From an uncultured Candidatus Saccharibacteria bacterium (lineage in GTDB: Bacteria; Patescibacteriota; Minisyncoccia; Minisyncoccales; CAZKCU01), in NCBI GenBank assembly GCA_964551595.1, contig CAZKCU010000002.1:3081-67080 (forward strand): a stretch of 64,000 nucleotides of DNA, read 5' to 3'. Shown in pieces: positions 17,211 to 26,411 of the stretch. A program made the translations under genes and the position numbers. The notes under the pieces are model-generated. The model was not told where the DNA came from, did no database searches, and saw only the letters and a program-made list of their open reading frames with translations. Every line of letters begins with the position of its first letter. Positions within the stretch are counted from its first letter, which is position 1.

Positions 17211-18491
17211 ATGCGGTGGTTAAATAAAATTACCCAAATATTTAAAATCCATGATTTAAGAAACAAGATATTATTTGTTTTAGGAATTTTTTTGATTTTT
17301 AGAATAATGGCTAATATTCCTATGCCTGGAATTGATGCTCAAAAAATGCGGGAATTTTTTGAGGGATTTCAGATTTTCGGTCTTTTAAATATTTTTACTG
17401 GCGGCGCTTTAGACAGACTTTCCATTATTATGCTTGGCTTGGGTCCTTATATTACGGCAGTTATCGTTATTCAGCTTCTAACCATGATATTTCCCAAACT
17501 TGAGAGACTCTACAAAGAAGAAGGAGAGCAAGGCCGCCAAAAATTTAATCAATATGGAAGATTGCTAACTGTTCCATTTGCCATGCTTCAGAGTTACGCG
17601 ATGTTAATTTTATTCCAGAGACAAAATGTTATAGGTAGCCTTTCTCCTATTTTACTTTTAACTTCAATTTTAACAGTTACCGCTGGAGCCGTATTTTTAA
17701 TGTGGCTTGGGGAGCTAATTACTGAAAAAGGGATTGGTAATGGAATTTCGCTCTTAATTTTTGCTGGAATTGTTTCTGCCGTTCCAAATAATATTCGGCA
17801 GCTAGCTTTAACCTGGGATCCGGCTAAAATCCCAGCTTATTTACTCTTTTTTAGTATGTCTTTGATTATTATTGCCGGAGTAGTTTTAATTAATGAGGGT
17901 AGGCGAAATATTCCAGTTTCTTATGCCAAGCGAGTCAGGGGAATGAAAATGTATGGCGGTGTCTCTACTTATTTACCTTTAAATGTTAATCCAGCCGGAG
18001 TAATCCCTATAATTTTTGCCTTATCGCTTTTACTCTTCCCCGGGATGATAGCTAATTTTTTGGCCGGAACAGAAGGAGCAGTTGGAAAGATAGCTCAGGG
18101 AATAGGAGAATTCTTCCAAAATGTCTGGGTTCATGGAATTTTGTATTTTCTCTTAGTTTGTCTCTTTACCTATTTTTATACCGCCGTAACTTTTGACCCC
18201 AAGGCTATTGCTTCTAATTTGAAAAAAATGGGTGGATTTATTCCTGGTATCAGGCCCGGAGACTCAACTGCCAACTTTTTATATTATATTTTAAACCGAA
18301 TTTTACTTATCGGAGCCTTATTTTTAGGGACGATTGCTGTCCTTCCATCAATTATTGGAGGCATAACCGGAGTGATGGTTTTTCAATTTTTAATTGGAGG
18401 AACTTCTCTGCTTATTGTAGTAAGCGTAGTTCTTGAGACCCTTCGTCAAATCAATGCCCAGCTTCAGATGAGAGAATATGAGACGTTTTGA
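17211..18491 (+). CDS. secY: preprotein translocase subunit SecY
   Basis: Ten-TM profile, with GIGNGISLLIFAGI and conserved operon position. Confidence 0.97.
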   Translation: MRWLNKITQIFKIHDLRNKILFVLGIFLIFRIMANIPMPGIDAQKMREFFEGFQIFGLLNIFTGGALDRLSIIMLGLGPYITAVIVIQLLTMIFPKLERLYKEEGEQGRQKFNQYGRLLTVPFAMLQSYAMLILFQRQNVIGSLSPILLLTSILTVTAGAVFLMWLGELITEKGIGNGISLLIFAGIVSAVPNNIRQLALTWDPAKIPAYLLFFSMSLIIIAGVVLINEGRRNIPVSYAKRVRGMKMYGGVSTYLPLNVNPAGVIPIIFALSLLLFPGMIANFLAGTEGAVGKIAQGIGEFFQNVWVHGILYFLLVCLFTYFYTAVTFDPKAIASNLKKMGGFIPGIRPGDSTANFLYYILNRILLIGALFLGTIAVLPSIIGGITGVMVFQFLIGGTSLLIVVSVVLETLRQINAQLQMREYETF

Positions 18492-18526
18492 CCCTACGAA
18501 TTACGAATTATTACGAATATACGAAT
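18492..18526 (-). repeat. TACGAAT heptamer repeat (reverse orientation of ATTCGTA box) upstream of adk
   Basis: CCCTACGAATTACGAATTATTACGAATATACGAAT. Confidence 0.7.
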
Positions 18527-18534
18527 AAAAATTT

Positions 18535-19200
18535 ATGAAAAAACCTTTAGTAATAATTATTCTGGGGCCGCCGGGTTCTGGTAAAGGAACCCAGGCCAAA
18601 CAGCTTGTTAAAAAATTTGGGTTCGAATATTTCGGGTCAGGTGATGCTCTCAGAAATAGACAAAAAGCAGCTGATTTTACTGGAGGCAAACTCATAAAAG
18701 TTATGAATCGCGGGGAGTTAGCTCCTTCTTTTGTGATTTCTAAGCTCTGGATAGATAAATTAGAAAAATTTGGACGGAGGGCAAAAACCAACGGTTTTGT
18801 TTTTGATGGTAGTCCAAGAAAAATCATTGAGGCTAAATTTTTTGATGAAGCCTTGATTTGGTACGAATTGCAAAAAAAAGTAAAAGTTATCTTCATTAAT
18901 ATTTCAAGAAAAGAATCACTCCGTCGTTTAATAAAAAGAAGAATCTGTAAAAAATGTGGCAGACAAATTCCTTGGATTGGGAAATGTAAGTCACTTAAAA
19001 AATGCGACAAATGCGGAACAAGACTTATAGTTAGAGCTGATGATAAACCAAAAGCCATAAAAAAGCGCCTGGAAGAATTTAAAAAAGAAGTGATACCAGT
19101 AATAAATTATTACAGAAAACAAGAAAAGTTAATTGAAATAAATGGAGAGCAAAGTATTAAGAATGTTTTTCAAGATATTTTAAAAAAGATTAGTCGATGA
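18535..19200 (+). CDS. adk: adenylate kinase (Zn-lid type)
   Basis: ILGPPGSGKGTQA, VFDGSPR, lid CKKCG...CDKCG. Confidence 0.96.
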   Translation: MKKPLVIIILGPPGSGKGTQAKQLVKKFGFEYFGSGDALRNRQKAADFTGGKLIKVMNRGELAPSFVISKLWIDKLEKFGRRAKTNGFVFDGSPRKIIEAKFFDEALIWYELQKKVKVIFINISRKESLRRLIKRRICKKCGRQIPWIGKCKSLKKCDKCGTRLIVRADDKPKAIKKRLEEFKKEVIPVINYYRKQEKLIEINGEQSIKNVFQDILKKISR

Positions 19201-19964
19201 TTTCAATCAAAACTCCAGAAGAAATTACCATAATGGCTGAGGGTGGTAAAATCCTGGCAAAAATTATGGCTGAGATAGGAAGAAAAGTTAAGGCGGGAAT
19301 TAAAACTCGCGAATTAGACAGGCTTGCTGAAAGCCTGATTTTAAAATCTGGAGGAAAGTGTTCGTTTAAAGGACATGAGGGATATCCTTTTTGTCTTTGT
19401 ACTTCAATAAATGAAGAGATAGTTCATGCTTTGCCTTCTGACAGAATCTTGAAAGGAGAAGATATAATTTCCCTTGACCTGGGAATTCTTTACAAGGGCT
19501 TTCATACTGATATGGCAGTTACCCTCCCAGTTACGCGACCCAGCCGCGTAGAGAAAATTGATCCAGAAACTCAAAGATTAATTCGGGTAACAAAAAAATC
19601 CTTGAAAAGAGGAATTAAAAAAGTTCACCCGGGAAATACTTTTGGAGATATTGGAAATACCATTCAAAGATATGTTGAGGGCCAGGGATTTAATGTTGTT
19701 AGAGACCTTTGCGGTCATGGGATTGGTAGAGAATTACATGAAGACCCCCAAATTTTAAATTATGGGAAAAGACATACCGGTCCAGAAATTAAAGAAGGAA
19801 TGGTTTTTTGTATTGAACCAATGGTAACAATGGGGGATTGGAGAATAAAAAAAACCAAAGATGGTTTTGGTTACCAGACAGAGGACGGGTCTCTGTCAGC
19901 TCACTTTGAGCATATGATGGCGGTAACCCAAAATGGATGTCAGATATTGACAAATTTAAAGTAA
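19197..19964 (+). CDS. map: type I methionine aminopeptidase
   Basis: GHGIGRELHE, FCIEPM, SAHFEHMMAVT; ATGA overlap with adk. Confidence 0.96.
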   Translation: MISIKTPEEITIMAEGGKILAKIMAEIGRKVKAGIKTRELDRLAESLILKSGGKCSFKGHEGYPFCLCTSINEEIVHALPSDRILKGEDIISLDLGILYKGFHTDMAVTLPVTRPSRVEKIDPETQRLIRVTKKSLKRGIKKVHPGNTFGDIGNTIQRYVEGQGFNVVRDLCGHGIGRELHEDPQILNYGKRHTGPEIKEGMVFCIEPMVTMGDWRIKKTKDGFGYQTEDGSLSAHFEHMMAVTQNGCQILTNLK

Positions 19965-19989
19965 TACTAATTTATGTTAAAATAATCTA

Positions 19990-20739
19990 ATGTCAGAAAT
20001 TTATTTATCCGTCATCATTCCTGCCTATAATGAGGAAAAACGGTTGCCGAAAACTTTGCGGGAAATCGACAAATATTTAAGGATAAAAACTTACCCTTCG
20101 ACAGGCTCAGGGCAAGCTAGTTACGAAATTATTGTTGTTTCTGATGGGTCAAAAGATAGAACAGTTGAAGTTGTCAAGAATTTAATGACCGAAATTAAAA
20201 ATCTAAAAATCCTTGATTTTAAAGAAAATCAGGGTAAAGGTTTTGGTGTCCGCCAGGGAATGCTAAAAGCCAAAGGCGAATATCGATTATTCATGGATTC
20301 TGACAATTCAACTTCGATTGACCAAGTTGAAAAAATGTGGCCAGAATTCAAGAAGGGCTATGATATTGTTATTGGTTCAAGAGATGTTAAGGGAGCGGTT
20401 TTAGATCCGTCCCAATCCTGGCTTCATGGATTTTTGGCTGACATTTTTAAGTTATTACGAAAAATAATTGCTGGCCTTTGGGAACTTGAAGATACTCAAT
20501 GTGGTTTTAAATGCTTTACTAAAAAAGCAGCTGAAAGCATTTTTCCCAAGTGTAAAATTAATCGTTTTGCTTTCGACCCAGAATTTTTAATTATTGCTAA
20601 AAAAATGGGATATAAAATCAAAGAAATCCCGGTTTATTGGAAAAATGATCCCGAAAGCAAAGTGAAGTTCAAAGGCATGGTGAAAATGGGCATTGATTTG
20701 TTGAAAATAAGGTGGAATTTAATAACAAAAAAAATATGA
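19990..20739 (+). CDS. family 2 glycosyltransferase (polyprenol-phosphate hexosyltransferase-like)
   Basis: LSVIIPAYNEE...YEIIVVSDGSKD...FMDSDNS GT-A signature. Confidence 0.85.
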   Translation: MSEIYLSVIIPAYNEEKRLPKTLREIDKYLRIKTYPSTGSGQASYEIIVVSDGSKDRTVEVVKNLMTEIKNLKILDFKENQGKGFGVRQGMLKAKGEYRLFMDSDNSTSIDQVEKMWPEFKKGYDIVIGSRDVKGAVLDPSQSWLHGFLADIFKLLRKIIAGLWELEDTQCGFKCFTKKAAESIFPKCKINRFAFDPEFLIIAKKMGYKIKEIPVYWKNDPESKVKFKGMVKMGIDLLKIRWNLITKKI

Positions 20740-21773
20740 ATGAGAAATTTAATCAGAAGAAATTTCCTTCCGAATTACGGTTTGATTTAACTTCAAGAGA
20801 TTGGGTTGTTATTGCTACAGGTCGAGCAAAAAGGCCGGAAACTTTCAAGAGAGAAAAGCGGAAAAAAGAGGAAGTTCCTAAAACTCTATGTCCTTTTTGT
20901 CAAATTTCTACTCAAGAAACCCCTACTTTAATTTTTTCCCATGGAAAAAAAATACCTCCAGACATGGGAATTCCTAAAGATTGGACTACTATTTCTATTC
21001 CTAATAAATTTCCAGCTTTTCTCCCTTTTAAAAAATTAAATCCAAGAGTTGAAGGAAAATTTTATAAAACAATAAATGCGGTAGGTTTCCATGAAGTAGT
21101 AGTTACCAGAGACCATAAAAAATCAATGGGCCAATTTTCAATCAGCCAGATTAAAGAAGTAATTGATGTTTACCAGGAAAGATATTTAGAATTAATGAAA
21201 GAAAAATTTGTTGATTATGTTTCTATTTTTCATAACCATGGAGCTGAAGCCGGAGCTTCAATAGCTCATCCTCACTCCCAAATTATAACTACTCCTTTAA
21301 TTGATGTTGACCTTAAAAAAGCTCTCTCCAATTCAAGAAAATATTACAGAGCCCATCGAAAATGTATTTATTGTCAGATGAATAATTGGGAAAAGAAAAA
21401 TAAAAAAAGAGTAGTTTTTGAAAATAAAGATTTTTTGGTAATTTGTCCTTTTGCTTCAAAAGCTGCCTTTGAGCTTATTATCTCTCCCAAAAAACATTTA
21501 GCTTATTTTGAGAAAATAACCGAAAAAGAAAAAAAGTTTTTATCTGAAGCTTTCCAGATAGCCTTAAATAAACTTTACAAAGCCTTAAATAACCCAGCTT
21601 ATAATTTCTATTTGCATACTTCCCCTTGCGATGAGAAAAAATATCCCTTTTACCACTGGCACTGGACAATATTACCAAAAACCGCCACCTGGGCTGGTTT
21701 TGAAATCGGCACCAGAATGGAAATTTCTACCATTGAACCTGAAAAAGCAGCTGAATATTTAAGAAAACAATAG
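20736..21773 (+). CDS. galT: galactose-1-phosphate uridylyltransferase-like (GalT/HIT superfamily)
   Basis: CPFCQ zinc site and the HPHSQI histidine triad. The start is set at an ATGA overlap with the upstream stop. Confidence 0.8.
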   Translation: MNEKFNQKKFPSELRFDLTSRDWVVIATGRAKRPETFKREKRKKEEVPKTLCPFCQISTQETPTLIFSHGKKIPPDMGIPKDWTTISIPNKFPAFLPFKKLNPRVEGKFYKTINAVGFHEVVVTRDHKKSMGQFSISQIKEVIDVYQERYLELMKEKFVDYVSIFHNHGAEAGASIAHPHSQIITTPLIDVDLKKALSNSRKYYRAHRKCIYCQMNNWEKKNKKRVVFENKDFLVICPFASKAAFELIISPKKHLAYFEKITEKEKKFLSEAFQIALNKLYKALNNPAYNFYLHTSPCDEKKYPFYHWHWTILPKTATWAGFEIGTRMEISTIEPEKAAEYLRKQ

Positions 21774-21776
21774 TGA

Positions 21777-21920
21777 CGCTCGGCAACGAAGTTTCAAAGT
21801 ACTGATAGTTCAAATCCCAGCGAGATTTGACTATCTACATTCTCGTCCCGTCGCTCCGACTTCGTCGGAGACCGTGCCGACGGGACTGCGAAAGTTACTT
21901 TAAAACTTATTGCCTCGCTT
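21777..21920. repeat. family B palindromic element, copy 2
   Basis: Near-identical by eye to 13503-13645, with the same inner hairpins and a slightly decayed outer stem. Confidence 0.85.
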
Positions 21921-21939
21921 TATTAATTTTTTAAACACC

Positions 21940-22773
21940 ATGAAATCTATCATCATAGGAAATTGGAAGTGCAATCCCACAACTTTACAGGAAGCAAAGC
22001 TTATTTTTAATTCAGTAAAAAAAGGAATAAAAAATATCAAAAATGTGGAAGTAATAATCTGTCCGCCTTTTGTTTATTTGTCGGTATTAAGAGATGCTTC
22101 TACCTTCGCTCGCCAAAAGGCGAGCTTCGGCGCCATCAGTTTTGGCTCGCAAAATTGTTTTTGGGAAGAGAAGGGAGCTTTTACAGGTGAGATTTCTCCT
22201 CGAATGCTTAAAGATATAGGGGTGAAGTATGTTATTTTAGGGCATTCTGAAAGGCGGCTTCACCTTGGTGAAACCGACGAGATGATAAATAAAAAAATAA
22301 AGTTAGTTTTGAAAGCAAAATTAAACCCTATTTTATGTATCGGAGAAACTGGAGAGGAGAGAAGTCAAGGAAGAACCCAGGAGGTTTTAAAAAATCAATT
22401 AATATCTGCTCTTTCGAACATTTCTAAATCTATAATTCAAAAGCAATCCTCCGGGGAGTCCCTCACTTCGTTCGGTTCAGCAAAATTCTCAATTGCCTAT
22501 GAACCAATTTGGGCAATTGGGACAGGAAAAGCTTGTGAAACTAACGAAGCTCAAACTATGGGTTTATTCATTAGAAAAATTATAGCCCAGCTTTATGGAG
22601 GTTTTATTTCTAAAAAGGTTCAGATACTATACGGAGGAAGCATAAACTCCAAAAATGCGCTGAGTTATATTAAAGAAGCAAGAATGCAAGGGCTTTTAGT
22701 GGGGGGTGCTTCTTTAGACCACCAAGAATTTATCAAATTGGTTGAAAATGTCAGCAAGGGTCGGAGAAGATAA
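21940..22773 (+). CDS. tpiA: triosephosphate isomerase
   Basis: GNWKCN, GAFTGEISP, GHSERR, AYEPIWAIGTG. The start is trimmed to the ATG at 21940, because the TTG at 21910 lies inside repeat B2. Confidence 0.95.
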   Translation: MKSIIIGNWKCNPTTLQEAKLIFNSVKKGIKNIKNVEVIICPPFVYLSVLRDASTFARQKASFGAISFGSQNCFWEEKGAFTGEISPRMLKDIGVKYVILGHSERRLHLGETDEMINKKIKLVLKAKLNPILCIGETGEERSQGRTQEVLKNQLISALSNISKSIIQKQSSGESLTSFGSAKFSIAYEPIWAIGTGKACETNEAQTMGLFIRKIIAQLYGGFISKKVQILYGGSINSKNALSYIKEARMQGLLVGGASLDHQEFIKLVENVSKGRRR

Positions 22774-22808
22774 ATCTTCTTCTTCTCCCTTCGCTGTAGC
22801 TTGGGAGG

Positions 22809-22837
22809 TTGATTTTCTTTTTTATTTTTGTTATTCT
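22809..22837 (+). promoter_or_regulatory. possible promoter TTGATT-17nt-TATTCT
   Basis: Hexamer spacing only; the -10 box is weak. Confidence 0.3.
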
Positions 22838-22857
22838 AATTAGGTGATACCACTACT

Positions 22858-23379
22858 ATGGAAAATTTTTCTAAAGGCCATTTTTATAATCCAACCCGAG
22901 GAAATTTAACATTGCCAGAGGTAATTGAAGAGATATTAAATTATATTACCGAAAAGCCAGAGAAATTTTATGACATTATTGTTGGCTGTGATTCATCTTC
23001 AGACCTTCAACAACCTCATTTCCCCGTGGCAGTAGTTATTTTGAGGACAGGAGAGGGAGGGAGATTTTTTCTTAAAAAAATAAGTTATCCGTTTTCTTCA
23101 AAAAAGAAATTTTATAGCTGGAAAGAAAGAGTCCTGGAAGAAGTTTTGCTATCTTGCCAGCTGGCCTTATTTTTGAAGGAAAATTTAGAAAAACAAATCA
23201 AAAAGTTAGTTCCTCCACCTAATTATCAGTTTCGATATATCCATGCTGATATTGGAGAAAATGGGCAGACAAAAGATATGATAAAAGAAGTGATTGGTCT
23301 TATTCAGGGAAATGGGTTTGAGCCCAAAATAAAACCAGAATCTTTTGCTGCCTCAACAGTGGCAGATAGATATACCTAA
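22858..23379 (+). CDS. YkuK/DUF458-like RNase H-fold protein
   Basis: FYNPTRGNLTLPEVIEEI...IIVGCDSS resembles the B. subtilis YkuK family N-terminus, as far as I recall that family. Confidence 0.6.
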   Translation: MENFSKGHFYNPTRGNLTLPEVIEEILNYITEKPEKFYDIIVGCDSSSDLQQPHFPVAVVILRTGEGGRFFLKKISYPFSSKKKFYSWKERVLEEVLLSCQLALFLKENLEKQIKKLVPPPNYQFRYIHADIGENGQTKDMIKEVIGLIQGNGFEPKIKPESFAASTVADRYT

Positions 23380-23388
23380 AAATAAAAG

Positions 23389-25122
23389 ATGAATTCAAAA
23401 GAGCTTCGTCAGAAATTTTTGGAGTTTTTTGAAAAAAGAGGGCATAAAGTAGTGCCCTCAAGTTCGTTATTATCAACTGACCCCAGTGTTTTGTTTACTA
23501 GTGCTGGAATGCAGCAATTCAAAGTTTATTATTTAGGCGAGAAATCACCCTATGGGTTGGATGTTGTTTCCTGTCAGAAATGTTTCAGGACCTCTGATAT
23601 TGAGGAGGTAGAAAATGAAAAACATTTAACCTTTTTTGAAATGCTGGGCAATTTTTCTTTTGGGGGATATTTTAAAAAAGAAGCGATAAATTGGGCTTAT
23701 GAGTTTCTTTTTGAAGAATTAAAATTGCCAATAGAAGAAGCTATTTTCACGTTTTTTAAGGGTAACAAAGATGTTCCAGAAGATAAAGAATCGATTAAAA
23801 TTTGGAAAAAATTAGGAGTTCCCGGAAATAAAATAAAAAAATGTGGAAGAGCAGATAATTTTTGGGGGCCGATCGGCCAAGTCGGTCCTTGCGGTCCAAC
23901 AACCGAAATTCATCTTCGAGGCATTGAGATTTGGAATTTGGTTTTTAATGAATATTATCAAGGTAGAAACAGGAAATTAACACCATTAAAACAAAAGGGA
24001 GTAGATACTGGAATGGGTCTGGAAAGGTTAGCTATGGTTGTTCAGGGCAAAAATTCAGTTTATGAAACTGATTTATTCAATTCTATAATAAAAGAAATCG
24101 AAAAGAGAGAAGCTAAACCCTATTCCCTAAACCCTAAACCTTATCGTATTATTACTGACCACATTAAGGGTTCGGTTTTTTTGATAGCAGAGGGAATTTT
24201 TCCTTCTAATGTGGAAGAAGGTTATGTTCTAAGAAGGATTCTACGAAGAGCGATAAGATTTGGCAAACTTTTAGATTTACCCCAGGGTTTTTTAATTCCT
24301 TTGGCTCAAAAAGTTATTGAAATTTATCAAGACATTTATCCCGAAGTAAAATCCCGAGAAGCTGATATCTTAACTGTTATTCAAAAAGAAGGAGAGAAGT
24401 TTGAAAAAACTTTGGGAAAAGGGCTCAAAGAGTTTGGGAAAATTGCAGCCAAAGGCGATATTAAGGGAGATGAAGCCTTCCATCTTTATGATACTTACGG
24501 TTTTCCATTGGAGTTGACCGGAGAGTTGGCTAAAGAAAAGGGACTGAAAATCGATGTTAAAGGATTCGAGGAATCCTTTAGAAAACACCAAGAAATTTCA
24601 AGAGCAGGTGTAGAAAAAAAATTTGGCGGAGTAGGAAAAGAAGTAACTTACGAATCAACTAAACTTCATACAGCTACCCATTTACTTCACTCAGCTTTGA
24701 GAAAGATTTTGGGTCTCCATGTTAAACAAATGGGCTCAGATATTACTCCCCAAAGGCTTAGATTTGATTTCTCTCACTTGCAGAAAATGACACCAGAAGA
24801 AATTAAAAAAGTTGAGGCTTTAGTTAATCAAAAAATTAGAGAAAATTTGGAGGTAAAAAAGGAAGAGATGTCATTGGAAGAAGCTCTAAATTCAGGAGCC
24901 TTATCTTTTTTTAAAGAAAAATACCCGGAAAAAGTAACTGTCTATTCAATAAACAATTTTTCAAAAGAAATTTGTGCCGGTCCCCATGTTAAAAAGACAT
25001 CCGAATTAGGCAGTTTTAAAATTATAAAGGAAGAATCTTCTGGAGCAGGCATAAGAAGAATCCGGGGGATTTGTTCGTCTTTGGCGAAGAAATCTTCAGC
25101 TAAGCGGAACATTTTAAAATAA
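23389..25122 (+). CDS. alaS: alanyl-tRNA synthetase, shortened form (577 aa; no C-Ala domain)
   Basis: SAGMQQFK, FEMLGNFSFGGYFK, GMGLERL. The editing-domain motifs HTATHLLHSAL and CAGPHV are present, and the protein ends shortly after. Confidence 0.9.
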   Translation: MNSKELRQKFLEFFEKRGHKVVPSSSLLSTDPSVLFTSAGMQQFKVYYLGEKSPYGLDVVSCQKCFRTSDIEEVENEKHLTFFEMLGNFSFGGYFKKEAINWAYEFLFEELKLPIEEAIFTFFKGNKDVPEDKESIKIWKKLGVPGNKIKKCGRADNFWGPIGQVGPCGPTTEIHLRGIEIWNLVFNEYYQGRNRKLTPLKQKGVDTGMGLERLAMVVQGKNSVYETDLFNSIIKEIEKREAKPYSLNPKPYRIITDHIKGSVFLIAEGIFPSNVEEGYVLRRILRRAIRFGKLLDLPQGFLIPLAQKVIEIYQDIYPEVKSREADILTVIQKEGEKFEKTLGKGLKEFGKIAAKGDIKGDEAFHLYDTYGFPLELTGELAKEKGLKIDVKGFEESFRKHQEISRAGVEKKFGGVGKEVTYESTKLHTATHLLHSALRKILGLHVKQMGSDITPQRLRFDFSHLQKMTPEEIKKVEALVNQKIRENLEVKKEEMSLEEALNSGALSFFKEKYPEKVTVYSINNFSKEICAGPHVKKTSELGSFKIIKEESSGAGIRRIRGICSSLAKKSSAKRNILK

Positions 25123-25163
25123 TCAATGTTTGTTTTTAGATAAAGAGAATGATAAAATAAGCA

Positions 25164-25207
25164 AACCGGTCGCTTCACTCCCCTGTAATTATTCCATAAT
25201 TAAAGGA
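25164..25207 (+). repeat. degenerate core-box copy upstream of ftsA-like gene
   Basis: AAACCGGTCGCTTCACTCCCCTGTAATTATTCCATAATTAAAGG. Confidence 0.55.
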
Positions 25208-25208
25208 G

Positions 25209-26411
25209 ATGATAAATTTCTCGTTATTCAAAAAAGACAAAAGGAAAATATTTTTAGGATTGGATATCGGCACAGAAGCAGTAAAAGCTATAATTTTTTC
25301 TCTCTCAGAAAAAAAAGATAAAAAGATTACTATTTTGGGAAACTCTCTTTCCTATTTTGACAGCTACGGGGTATTTGACAGTCAGGATTTTGAAGCTGAT
25401 GTTGTTAAAAAAACTATTTCAAAAACGATTAATGAGGCTAAAAGTCAAATTAATCAAAAGCCTAACCGGACATTACTTGAATTGCCAGCTAACATTTTAA
25501 AAGGAAGAATTGTTTTTCAGTCTTTTAAAAGAAAAAATCCTCAATCGATTATTGATAAAAAAGAGAAAGAAGTGATTTATCAGAAGATTTTAAGCAAAGC
25601 TCAAAATGAAATTTCCCAGATTTTTGCTACAGAATCCGGCATTTTGCCAAAAGATATTCACATTATTAACCTAAAAATCTTGGAAATAAAAATTGATGGA
25701 TATGTAGTACCAGCTATTCAAGGGTATAATGGAAAAAATTTAGATTTTAGGATTTTAGCTATTTTTTTACCGAAATATTATCTAGAGAATATCAAAAAAA
25801 TTATTCAGGGTTTAATCTCTGAGGAATTAGAAATTCTTAACCTTGCACAAGCCCTACCTTATTTCTTTAGAAGGAAAGTGGTTGATGGAATTTTTCTTGA
25901 TGTTGGAGGAAATTTGACCCAGATTTTTTTAGTAAACAATGGAAAACTAAATAATGTCGATGAATTCGAAATAGGAGGAAAAACTTTTTCCCAAGCTCTT
26001 TCTCAAAGTTTGGGAATAGGAATTTCAGAGGCAAGAGTTTTAAAAGAAAATTATTCTAAAGGAGAATTATCAGAAGAAGTGAGAGAAAGAGTTAGAGAGA
26101 TTTTTTCTCAATCTTTAGGAGATTGGTTCAAAAATCTAAAACTAAAATTAAAAACCCAAAGGATTTTTGACAGAGAAAGGAAATCCGGAGGTGTACTACT
26201 TCCATCAACTTTTTTTCTTTTCGGGGGAGGAAGTCAACTGCCTGAAATTCAGGAAATTTTAGAAGAGGGGAATTGGGAAAGTTTTTCTTTTTTTACTCCC
26301 CCAAAAGTAAAATTTATTTATCCAAAGGACTTCAGAAATATTGAAGATATGACAAAAAAATTAAATAGCCCTCAAGACGTCCCTGCCTTATTACTTTGTT
26401 ATGCCTGCTAA
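25209..26411 (+). CDS. ftsA: actin-like ATPase, FtsA/PilM family
   Basis: FLGLDIGTEAVKAI, FLDVGGNLTQIF, FGGGSQLPEI; SD AAAGGAG. Confidence 0.75.
   Translation: MINFSLFKKDKRKIFLGLDIGTEAVKAIIFSLSEKKDKKITILGNSLSYFDSYGVFDSQDFEADVVKKTISKTINEAKSQINQKPNRTLLELPANILKGRIVFQSFKRKNPQSIIDKKEKEVIYQKILSKAQNEISQIFATESGILPKDIHIINLKILEIKIDGYVVPAIQGYNGKNLDFRILAIFLPKYYLENIKKIIQGLISEELEILNLAQALPYFFRRKVVDGIFLDVGGNLTQIFLVNNGKLNNVDEFEIGGKTFSQALSQSLGIGISEARVLKENYSKGELSEEVRERVREIFSQSLGDWFKNLKLKLKTQRIFDRERKSGGVLLPSTFFLFGGGSQLPEIQEILEEGNWESFSFFTPPKVKFIYPKDFRNIEDMTKKLNSPQDVPALLLCYAC

Noticed and set aside
19198-19200. Alternative genetic code (UGA as Gly, as in some candidate phyla)
   Set aside because: TGA terminates full-length conserved genes at the expected position (adk, rplX, rpsQ, dcd, tmk, GT2), often in ATGA overlaps. 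No conserved gene needs an in-frame TGA read through.
21910-21939. N-terminal extensions from non-ATG starts proposed by the ORF track (tpiA 21910, rplP 11818, rplM 31329, rplR 15833, secE 50502, rplK 51247, tmk 54430, gatB 55825, galT 20712, rplE 14025, 34925 and 59923 on the minus strand)
   Set aside because: The extensions lie inside repeats, promoters or the preceding gene, and they add residues absent from the protein families. Internal ATGs restore canonical N-termini, often with ATGA stop-start overlaps.
24115-24144. Telomere-like CCCTAAA repeats
   Set aside because: There are only 2-3 imperfect units, they lie inside the alaS reading frame, and they belong to the general heptamer-repeat phenomenon. 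Nothing suggests a chromosome end.
25130-25321. 63-aa ORF between alaS and the ftsA-like gene
   Set aside because: It overlaps the ftsA-like start and a degenerate core-box repeat. The ftsA-like frame has an SD and actin-fold motifs, and this ORF has neither.
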